From Candidatus Eiseniibacteriota bacterium (GTDB taxonomy: Bacteria; Eisenbacteria; RBG-16-71-46), in the NCBI GenBank assembly GCA_038231135.1, contig JBBRLX010000002.1:32001-96000 (forward strand): a stretch of DNA of 64,000 nt. Direction: 5' to 3'. The translations under genes were made by a program, and so were the position numbers. The notes under the pieces were generated by a model. It was given only the letters and a program-made list of their open reading frames with translations, was not told where the DNA came from and searched no databases. Of the stretch, positions 37,039 through 45,113 are shown in pieces (positions within the stretch are counted from its first letter, which is position 1; every line of letters starts with the position of its first letter).

Positions 37039-38739
37039 TCACCGGCACACGACGAGGCGCGTCGTCGAGGAGCGGTCAGCCCCGCTCATGCGAATGAAAT
37101 ACAGACCCGCCGCTACGTTCCGACCGCGGTCGTCGCGCAGGTCCCAGTGCAGCGTGCGCGCGCCGGACTCGAGATTGCCCTCCACGAGCAATCGAACCCG
37201 GCGCCCCGTGAGGTCCTGAATGGACAGCGAGGCATGCTGCGGCCGCGCGAGCTGGAGCGTGAGCGCGACGTCGGTGCGCGCGGGATTGGGCCACGCGCGT
37301 AGCGAACCGGCTGCAACGGAGCCAGGGGTGACGCCCAGGTTACCCGAGACTGGGACCCTGCCCACGAACACCCCATAGTTGGTGACGTCCTCCCAGCCGG
37401 CGAATGCGCCACCCGCACCATCCGACGTGATGCTCGGGTAGCCCTGGGCGCCCGGAGCGATCGAGACCGCCCGGCCCGCCGCCGGCCATGCCGGGTCGAT
37501 CGCGCCGTTCCCGAGGACGTGCTGCGAATAGATATCGAGAGCCTCATCGGCGGTGCCCCACACCACGATCGCGCCGCCTACTCCATCGGACAGCGCGGCG
37601 GGCGCGGCGTTCGCCACCGCGAGCGACCGGCCACCGGCGGGCCACGCCGGGTCGCTCACACCAGCGGAGGACAGGTGCTGGACGCGGATCAAGCTCGCGT
37701 CCTGATATACGGCCAGCACGCCATTGCCGGCATCGCGAAGCACTGCCACCAATGCCTGGCTGTTGGCGGTCGGATCGACCGCGAGCCCGGTCACGGGCCA
37801 GGCCGGATCCAGAGTTCCCCCGGCGAGCACGTGATGTAGGTACGTCTGGGTCGAGGATCCCCGGCTGTCGTCCCAGGCCACGAATACCCCGCCGGAACCG
37901 TCGATGACCGTCTTCCCATTCCCCTGCGAACCGGGCGCGGTGCATACGGCGAGACCATTGCTGGGCCAAACAGGATCCGCGGTTGCGTCGGGGAGCATGT
38001 GATGGACGTAGATGTCGCGCTCGTTGGGCTGCGACGGAACGAAGGTCTGCCAGGCGACGAATGCTCCACCTGCCAGGTCCGGCGACATCGCCGTGACGTT
38101 CTGGGAGTTGGATGCGTTGCAGATCTTGGAGCCCAGATCGTCCAATGGCGAGACCGAACCCAGTTGGTCCGCGTGCGCCGCGTAGACGTCGTTGTCCGTG
38201 CTGCCCCGGAAGTCCTGCCAGCTCGCCAACGCTCCGCCCGTCCCATCGGAAACCGCGAGCGGGCGCTTCTGATTGTACGCAGCGGCGCACATCAAGGCCC
38301 CGCCCGCGGGCCAGGCGGCATCGAGGTCGCCACCCTCCAGTATGTGAAATGCGTAGGTCCGCCACTGGCCGCCGCTCTTGGTATCGTTACAGACCAGCAC
38401 GACGCCACCGTGCCCATCGGCCATCAGCGCCGGAGCATTCGACTGCTGGTTGTTTTGATCGGGGACGATACCCGCGACCGGCCAGCGCGAATCGATGTCA
38501 CCCGAGCCCAACACGTGCTGCACGTGGATCAGGCCGAATGGACTGGTGGCGAACCACGCGACGAACAGGCCGCCAGATCCGTCGGCCTCCACGACGGGAA
38601 CCGTGGGATTCGCGACGTAGGAGATGCGCAGGCCCTGTGGAGGATCGTAGGACCAGGCGGCGTGCGCAGCCGGGCTCAGGAGAGCCGAAGAGGCGAGCGC
38701 GGCGAGGAGAATCGACGAGGAACGAGTGTAGCTTCGCAT
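37039..38739 (-). CDS. Secreted 'DGxGG/WP' repeat protein with FlgD/T9SS-like CTD (paralog of 34774..36855)
   Basis: Signal peptide (AHA|A), about eight repeats, CTD 'AWPNP...IQDLTGRRVR...WDLRDDRGRNVAAGLYF'. RBS GGAGG. Confidence 0.88.
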   Translation of the reverse strand: MRSYTRSSSILLAALASSALLSPAAHAAWSYDPPQGLRISYVANPTVPVVEADGSGGLFVAWFATSPFGLIHVQHVLGSGDIDSRWPVAGIVPDQNNQQSNAPALMADGHGGVVLVCNDTKSGGQWRTYAFHILEGGDLDAAWPAGGALMCAAAYNQKRPLAVSDGTGGALASWQDFRGSTDNDVYAAHADQLGSVSPLDDLGSKICNASNSQNVTAMSPDLAGGAFVAWQTFVPSQPNERDIYVHHMLPDATADPVWPSNGLAVCTAPGSQGNGKTVIDGSGGVFVAWDDSRGSSTQTYLHHVLAGGTLDPAWPVTGLAVDPTANSQALVAVLRDAGNGVLAVYQDASLIRVQHLSSAGVSDPAWPAGGRSLAVANAAPAALSDGVGGAIVVWGTADEALDIYSQHVLGNGAIDPAWPAAGRAVSIAPGAQGYPSITSDGAGGAFAGWEDVTNYGVFVGRVPVSGNLGVTPGSVAAGSLRAWPNPARTDVALTLQLARPQHASLSIQDLTGRRVRLLVEGNLESGARTLHWDLRDDRGRNVAAGLYFIRMSGADRSSTTRLVVCR

Positions 38740-38772
38740 GAATCCCTCCAGGGTCAGGGTGCGATGGGGGGA

Positions 38773-38815
38773 TGGACACTCTCAGTATTCTACTGATTAA
38801 GGACCGTGTCCAGAA
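38773..38815 (-). promoter_or_regulatory. Putative promoter with overlapping operator palindrome
   Basis: TTCTGG-N17-TAGAAT on the minus strand; tcagta-ttc-tactga (38782-38796) overlaps the -10; flanking tggacac/gtgtcca inverted repeat. Confidence 0.45.
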
Positions 38816-38854
38816 AGTGAAAACTGCCTCGATAGCTTCCCAGAGTTTCCGGGC

Positions 38855-39856
38855 TCATTGACAATCGTTTACATTTCGGAGCCGTCGGTCCAATGGGCCC
38901 GTGGGTCCACGACCAGGCTCAACGTGGGCCGCCCCCGCTCCCCGATGCACCACCAGCTCCACCACGTCCGGCCGCGCGTAGTGCCCCGACACGTCGAGCG
39001 TCCACCGCGGCCCGGTGAGCCGCGCCGGGTCGATCTCCGCGTAGAGGATCCCCTCCTGCTCGTGGAGCGGGCCCGCCAGGAACTTGCCGTCGGGATCCAC
39101 GATCGCGCTGTCGCCGGGGTTGATCCATGCGCGGTCCGCCGGGTAGCGCTGCTTGAACGCATAGCGGTCCGGAATGTCGTCGCGGTGCACGGCCTGGCAG
39201 CAGCCGATCACCACGACGCGGCCCTCTTTCGCCACGTGCCGCAACGTCGAGGTCCACGGCTCGCCGCGATCCCAGGTGGCGGCGACGTGGATCTGGGTGC
39301 CGTCCTGATACAGCGCCTGCCTCGCCAGCGGCATGTAGTTCTCCCAGCACACGAGGCCCGAGACGCGGCCGAACGGCGTGGCATGGGCGCCCAGCGTGCT
39401 GCCGTCGCCGGCGCCGTGCACCAGGCGCTCGCCGCCGGTGGGCACCAGCTTGCGGTGGCAGCGCACGATCGCGCCCTGGTCATCGAAGAACAGCAGCGAG
39501 TTGTAGAGCGTCGCCCCGCCGCGCTCCCGGTTGCGCTCGTTGATGCCGATCACGACCCACGCGCCGGCGTCACGTGCGGCGCGGCCGAGGCGTTCGGTCG
39601 ATGCGTCCGGCACCGATACCGAATTCGCGAGCAGCTCGGCATAGAGCGCGTCGCGCTCCTTGCGATCGCCGGGCGGCAGCAGCCAGGTCCAGTCGGGATA
39701 AGCCGGCACGAACGCCTCGGGAAACGCGATCAGCCGTGCGCCCTCGCGCCCGGCTTCGGCGATGCGTTCGCACGCCTTGTCCACGGTGGCCTCGCGGTCG
39801 AGGAACACCGGCGCCGCCTGAACTGCGGCAATTCGAAACGAGGCAGCTGGGTTCAT
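38855..39856 (-). CDS. Nitrilase (carbon-nitrogen hydrolase family)
   Basis: Triad motifs FPEAF, HRKLVPT, VCWENYMPL; 'DVSGHYARPD'. Confidence 0.92.
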   Translation of the reverse strand: MNPAASFRIAAVQAAPVFLDREATVDKACERIAEAGREGARLIAFPEAFVPAYPDWTWLLPPGDRKERDALYAELLANSVSVPDASTERLGRAARDAGAWVVIGINERNRERGGATLYNSLLFFDDQGAIVRCHRKLVPTGGERLVHGAGDGSTLGAHATPFGRVSGLVCWENYMPLARQALYQDGTQIHVAATWDRGEPWTSTLRHVAKEGRVVVIGCCQAVHRDDIPDRYAFKQRYPADRAWINPGDSAIVDPDGKFLAGPLHEQEGILYAEIDPARLTGPRWTLDVSGHYARPDVVELVVHRGAGAAHVEPGRGPTGPLDRRLRNVNDCQ

Positions 39857-39935
39857 GGATCCTCCGAACCTGTGGGCCGCCCGCTGCCCGGCCCGCTGCG
39901 TTACGCTCGCATGGCCCGTCGCTTCGCGACGAGAA

Positions 39936-42900
39936 TCACGTGGTCTTCACCATGTAGTACGTGGCCGCCGGATGATGGACGACGATCGCGCTCGTCGACG
40001 CCTCGGGCACGAGCTGGTAGGCACTGGTGAGCGTCACGCCGATCGCCGTGTCGGGATGCAGCAGCTTGAACAGCTTCGCCTGATCCGCGAGCTCCGGGCA
40101 CGCGCTGTAGCCGAACGAATAGCGCTTGCCACGCTCGGGCTCGAGGCCCAGCTCGCCGCGGATCTTCTGGTGGTGCCATTCGGCAAGGCCTTCGGCTGCC
40201 GATACGCCGAGCCCGTGCACGAACAGCGCCTCGGCGTATTCGCCGCGCTGATCGAGTGCGGCACCCAGCTCGTCGACGTAGGGACCGACGGTCACCACCT
40301 GGCAGGCGAGCACGTCGAACCGGCTGGAATCGGCGGGCTGGAAGTAGTCCGACAGGCACAGGCCCTCGCGATCGTCCTGGCGCGGGAACGTGAACCGCAC
40401 GATCTCCTCGATCTTGCCGCGCGGGGTCAGCGAGTTCGGCGTGAACGCGGCGGGGTCGAACACCACGAGATCCTGCCCCTCGCTCTGCACGGGGAAGTAG
40501 CCGTACACCGCCGCCGGCTTGAGCCAGCCCTTGTGCTCGGCCTCGCGCTCGAGCTTCAACCGGCGCGGCTCGAAGTCCTCGCGGATCAGCCTGTCGTACT
40601 CCGCGCCGCTGCCGCGCGCGCCCCAGTGCAGCCGGTACAGCGTCTTGAGATCGATGCCGGCATACATGCCGGCGAACGACACGTCCTTGGTCCCGGTCAC
40701 CCGCGCTCCCCAGAACGGCGGGGACGGCACGGGGACGTTGCGGTCGACGAGCACCTTGAAGTCGCGCTGCTGCGCCGACGCCGCGGCGGAGCGCGCCTCG
40801 AGCTGCGACGACTGGGTCTTGAATTCGAACGCCTCCTTGCGGGAGCGCTCGACGGCCGCGGAGCGCTGCTCGGGATCGATCAGCTCGTTCATGGTGTCGA
40901 GGCCTTCGAACGCGTCCTTGCAATAGAACACGCCCGGGGAATAGAACACCTCGCCGTCGACGAGCGCCGTGCGCCGGCCGAAATTGCGATTGATCGCGGC
41001 GCCACCGATCAGCAGCGGGTACTTGAGCCCGGCGCGGTGCAGCTCGCCGACGCAGATCGGCATCTGCTTGCTCGTCGACACCAGCAGCGCCGACAGGCCG
41101 ATCGCGGTGGCATCGACCTCCTTCGCCTTGTCGAGGATCTTCTGCACCGGCACCTGCTTGCCCAGGTCGAACACGGTGAACCCGTTGTTCGACAGGATCG
41201 TCTTCACCAGGTTCTTGCCGATGTCGTGCACGTCGCCGTACACGGTGGCGAGCACGACGCGCCCCTTCGACACGTCGTCCTGCTTCTCGAGGTAGTTCTC
41301 GAGCTGCGCCACGGCGCGCTTCATCACCTCGGCGCTCTGGAGCACGAACGGCAGGATCAGCTCGCCCGAGCCGAACTTGTCGCCCACCTCCTTCATCGCC
41401 GGCAGCAGCACGGTGTTCAGCACCACGACCGGATCCTGGCGCTTTACCGCCGCGTCGACCAGCGCCTCGATGCCGCCCGGCTTGCGGTGCAGGATCTGGT
41501 AGTGCAGCCGCTGCTCGATCGTCATCGCCGCCAGCTCGGACTCCTCCTGCTTCTCGCGGCCCTCGGACGTGCGGCCCTCGAAATGCTGGATGAAGTTCGT
41601 GAGCGCGTCGGGAGTCCGATTGAAGATCAGGTCCTCGGCGAGCCGCTTGTCCTCGGCGGCGATCTCGGCATAGGGATCGATGTGCGCCGGATTCACGATC
41701 GCCATGTCGAGGCCGGCCTGCACGCAGTGGTACAGGAACACCGAGTTCAGCACCGCGCGCGCCTCGGTGCCGAGCCCGAACGACACGTTCGACACGCCGA
41801 GGCTGGTGAGCACGCCCGGCAGCTCCGCCTTGATGCGGCGGATGCCCTCGATGGTCTCGACGGCCGACGTCAGGAACTCCGCGTCGCCGGTGGCGAGCGT
41901 GAACGTCAGGTCGTCGAACACCAGCCGCTCCGGCGGCAAGCCGTACTCGTTCGTCACGATGTCGTGGATCTGCCGGGCCACCTCGAGCTTGCGATCCGCC
42001 GTCTTGGCCATGCCGGTGGGATCGATCGTGAGCGCGATCACCGCGGCGCCGTACCGCACGACCAGCGGCATCACGGCGTCGATGCGCTCGCGGCCATTCT
42101 CCATGTTGATCGAATTGATCAGGGCGCAGCCGGGATACGCCTTGAGCGCCTCCTCGATGACGTTCGCCTCGGTGGAGTCGATCACCAGCGGCGCCTCGAC
42201 GGACAGCGCGAGCTTCTTCACCAGCCGGCGCACCTGCGACGCCTCGTCGGTGCGCTCGGTCAGCGCCATGCACACGTCGAGCGTGTGGGCGCCGCCCTCC
42301 ATCTGCTCGCGCGCGACCGGGATCATCTCCTCGATGCGGTCCTCGAGCGCCAGCCGCTTCACCCGGCGCGAGCCCTGCGTGTTCAGGCGCTCGCCGATGA
42401 GCATTGGCGCCGGCTCCTGCCGCATCGACGTCGCGGTCATGCCGCTCGACAGGTACCAGCCGCTGCGGCCGGGGCGCGGCGTGGGCGCGCGCTGCCCGAT
42501 CGCCGCGGCCAGCGCGCGGATGTGATCGGGCGTGGTGCCGCAGCAGCCCCCGACGATGTTCACGCCCAGCTCGACGACGAATTCGCGCAGCGTCTCCGCC
42601 ATCGGGTCCGGCTTCATCGGATACAACGTGCGCCCGCCGTCGTTGATCGGCAGCCCGGCATTCGGGATCACGTGGATCGGCGTGCCGGCGTTCTGCGACA
42701 GGTAGCGCACGGAATCCCGCATCAGGTCGGGACCCGTCGAGCAGTTGAGTCCGATGATGTCGGCACCCATCGCCTCGAGCGTCGCGAGCGCGCCGCGGAT
42801 GTCGGTGCCCAGCAGCATGCGGCCGGTGGGATCGAGCGTGACCGAGCACTGCAGCGGCACGCGCCGGCCGGTGGCGGCCATCGCCGCGCGGGCGGCCAGC

Positions 42901-43427
42901 ATCTGCGCCTTCATCTCGAGGATGTCCTGGCAGGTCTCGAGGATCAGCACGTCGGCGCCGCCCTCGATCAGGCCGCGCGCCTGCCCCTCGAACGCGGGGA
43001 TCAGGTCCTCGAGCCTCAGCTTGCCGAGATCCGGATCCTCGGACGACGGCAGGTAGCCGGACGGTCCCATCGAGCCGGCCACGAATCGCGGCCGGCCGTC
43101 GGCCTGCTCGAACCGGTCGGCGACCTTGCGCGCCGTGGCCGCCGCGGCCCGATTCAGCTCGAGCGTCTTGTCGCCGATCCCCCATTCCTCGAGCCGGGTC
43201 TGCGACGCCTGGAAGGAGTTGGTCTCGACGACGTCCGCGCCCGCTTCGAAGTAGTCGGCGTGGATCGCCTCGACGACGTCGGGGCGGGTCAGCGACAGGT
43301 AGTCGTTGCAGCCTTCCTTGCCGCCGAAGTCCTCGATCGTGAGGTTCCGGGCCTGGATCTGGGTGCCCATGCCGCCGTCGTAGAGCAGCACGCGCTGGCG
43401 GAGGGTCTCGAGCAGACGGCTCGTCAT
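39936..43427 (-). CDS. metH: Cobalamin-dependent methionine synthase
   Basis: DGGMGT, LNCSTGP, GGCCGTTP (Zn), pterin domain IGERLN, B12 motif GDVHDIGKN, activation domain RYSFGYSACP. Confidence 0.96.
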   Translation of the reverse strand: MTSRLLETLRQRVLLYDGGMGTQIQARNLTIEDFGGKEGCNDYLSLTRPDVVEAIHADYFEAGADVVETNSFQASQTRLEEWGIGDKTLELNRAAAATARKVADRFEQADGRPRFVAGSMGPSGYLPSSEDPDLGKLRLEDLIPAFEGQARGLIEGGADVLILETCQDILEMKAQMLAARAAMAATGRRVPLQCSVTLDPTGRMLLGTDIRGALATLEAMGADIIGLNCSTGPDLMRDSVRYLSQNAGTPIHVIPNAGLPINDGGRTLYPMKPDPMAETLREFVVELGVNIVGGCCGTTPDHIRALAAAIGQRAPTPRPGRSGWYLSSGMTATSMRQEPAPMLIGERLNTQGSRRVKRLALEDRIEEMIPVAREQMEGGAHTLDVCMALTERTDEASQVRRLVKKLALSVEAPLVIDSTEANVIEEALKAYPGCALINSINMENGRERIDAVMPLVVRYGAAVIALTIDPTGMAKTADRKLEVARQIHDIVTNEYGLPPERLVFDDLTFTLATGDAEFLTSAVETIEGIRRIKAELPGVLTSLGVSNVSFGLGTEARAVLNSVFLYHCVQAGLDMAIVNPAHIDPYAEIAAEDKRLAEDLIFNRTPDALTNFIQHFEGRTSEGREKQEESELAAMTIEQRLHYQILHRKPGGIEALVDAAVKRQDPVVVLNTVLLPAMKEVGDKFGSGELILPFVLQSAEVMKRAVAQLENYLEKQDDVSKGRVVLATVYGDVHDIGKNLVKTILSNNGFTVFDLGKQVPVQKILDKAKEVDATAIGLSALLVSTSKQMPICVGELHRAGLKYPLLIGGAAINRNFGRRTALVDGEVFYSPGVFYCKDAFEGLDTMNELIDPEQRSAAVERSRKEAFEFKTQSSQLEARSAAASAQQRDFKVLVDRNVPVPSPPFWGARVTGTKDVSFAGMYAGIDLKTLYRLHWGARGSGAEYDRLIREDFEPRRLKLEREAEHKGWLKPAAVYGYFPVQSEGQDLVVFDPAAFTPNSLTPRGKIEEIVRFTFPRQDDREGLCLSDYFQPADSSRFDVLACQVVTVGPYVDELGAALDQRGEYAEALFVHGLGVSAAEGLAEWHHQKIRGELGLEPERGKRYSFGYSACPELADQAKLFKLLHPDTAIGVTLTSAYQLVPEASTSAIVVHHPAATYYMVKTT

Positions 43428-43502
43428 GGGGCATCCCTTGGAAACGTGGGGTTGGGGGCAGGCCGCTCGGGCCTGAGCTTCAGCAGGTTCGGGTAACCCG
43501 TA

Positions 43503-43531
43503 AGACTATCGGAGGCCCACCGGGCCTGCAA
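43503..43531 (-). promoter_or_regulatory. Putative sigma70 promoter of metH
   Basis: TTGCAG-N17-TAGTCT on the minus strand, about 75 bp upstream of the ATG. Confidence 0.55.
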
Positions 43532-43653
43532 ACCCGGGGCCGGGGACGGTCCGCGGGGCCGGGGTGCGGCCGGCGGCCGGCCGGTGTTAGTGTACAAGTG
43601 TAGATGTGCCGCGCCGCTCCGTGATTCACGCGAGTCACCATGACGGAGGCTTC

Positions 43654-44193
43654 ATGACGACCAATCCGATCGCAAGCTCGACCGTCACCAAGGCCCGGCT
43701 CTCGGATGTGCTGCTCGATGGACTGTTCGCCGGCATGATCGGGGCCGTCGTCGTGGCGGTGTGGTTCCTGGTGCTGGACCTGGCGCGCGGCCGGCCGCTG
43801 TGGACCCCGGCGCTGCTCGGCAACATGCTGCTGCACGGCAGCGCGGCCGCCCAGGCCGGCACGGCGGTCAATCCGCTGGAGGTGGCGGCCTACACCGCGT
43901 TCCACTTCCTCGCGTTCATCGTCGTGGGTGTCGCATTGTCCTACATGGTGACGCTGTTCGAGCGGTTCCCGATCATGTTCTTCGTGTTGCTCGTGCTGTT
44001 CGTGTGCCTGCAGGCCGGGTTCTTCGTATTCGACGCGGTGCTCGGCGCCGAGCTCATGCACCAGCTCGGCTCGTGGACGGTGGTCGTGGCGAACCTGCTC
44101 GCGGCCGGCAGCATGGCGTTCTACCTGTGGCGGCGCCACCCCAGCGTGCTGCGCGGCGTGGAACACCTGTGGGACGACGACCAGGACCAGTAG
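43654..44193 (+). CDS. Hypothetical four-TM membrane protein
   Basis: Four hydrophobic helices, 'PLWTPALLG','YTAFHFLAF'. RBS GGAGG. Confidence 0.75.
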   Translation: MTTNPIASSTVTKARLSDVLLDGLFAGMIGAVVVAVWFLVLDLARGRPLWTPALLGNMLLHGSAAAQAGTAVNPLEVAAYTAFHFLAFIVVGVALSYMVTLFERFPIMFFVLLVLFVCLQAGFFVFDAVLGAELMHQLGSWTVVVANLLAAGSMAFYLWRRHPSVLRGVEHLWDDDQDQ

Positions 44194-44212
44194 CGCGGGG
44201 AGGCGAACGGTA

Positions 44213-44923
44213 ATGGGATTTCTCGACGGCAAGGTCGCGCTGGTCACCGGCGGCAATCGGGGCATCGGCCGCGGCATCGCCGAGGGGCTGAGCCGTGAGG
44301 GCGCCACGGTCGTGCTCACGGCGCGCACCGCCGCGGCGGCGGACCAGGCGGCGAAGGAGATCGGCAACGACGCGATGGGCGTGGCGTGCGACGTGCGCTC
44401 CCACGAGCTGGTGCAGCGGCTGTTCGCCGAGGCCGCGCGCCGGCATGGCGGCGTCGACATCCTCGTGAACAACGCGGGCGTCGGGGTGTTCGGGCCGGTG
44501 GCCGACATGGACCCCGAGGACTGGCGCGCCACGATCGAGACGAACCTGAACGGCGTGTTCTACTGCTGCCGCGAGGCCATTCCCCAGATGAAGCAGCGCG
44601 GCGGCGGCTACATCTTCAACATCAGCTCGCTGGCCGGCAAGAACCCCATGCTGAACGCCGCGGCGTACAACGCCAGCAAGTTCGGGCTCAACGGCTTCAG
44701 CGAGGCGCTGATGATGGAGGTGCGGTACGACGGCATCCGCGTGTCGTACCTGATGCCGGGCAGCGTCGCGACCGAATTCGGGCGCGGCACGGCGGTCAAG
44801 TCCGACTGGGCGCTCACGCCCGCGGACGTGTCGGACGTGGTGCTGGATCTGCTGCGCTCCCCCGCCCGGGCGCTCTACAGCCGCGTCGAGATGCGGCCCA
44901 GCCGTCCGCCACGCAAGACGTGA
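44213..44923 (+). CDS. SDR family oxidoreductase
   Basis: TGGNRGIG, NNAG, YNASK, MPGSVAT. Confidence 0.93.
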   Translation: MGFLDGKVALVTGGNRGIGRGIAEGLSREGATVVLTARTAAAADQAAKEIGNDAMGVACDVRSHELVQRLFAEAARRHGGVDILVNNAGVGVFGPVADMDPEDWRATIETNLNGVFYCCREAIPQMKQRGGGYIFNISSLAGKNPMLNAAAYNASKFGLNGFSEALMMEVRYDGIRVSYLMPGSVATEFGRGTAVKSDWALTPADVSDVVLDLLRSPARALYSRVEMRPSRPPRKT

Positions 44924-45113
44924 ACTCCGGGGCTCACCCCGCGCCGGCGGCGGCGTACCCGCGCCCGTCGAATCGGCGTTGAGCCCGGGGGACGAGTCCG
45001 GTAACGTCTCCGCCGTTCCCTTGCACACCGTCCGTCGGTCCTCCCGTGCCTCACGCGGAGGTGGCCGTTCGCGTGCCCCGATGCCGGCGCACCGTTTTTC
45101 AGGAGGATGCCCA

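Noticed and set aside
39855..43496. Very long antisense or alternate-frame ORFs (also 10551..12974, 28780..31500, 16478..18544, 39901..43434, 53402..55468)
   Set aside because: These are shadow ORFs of strongly GC3-biased real genes. They are Arg/Ala/Gly-rich or mirror translations without domain motifs.
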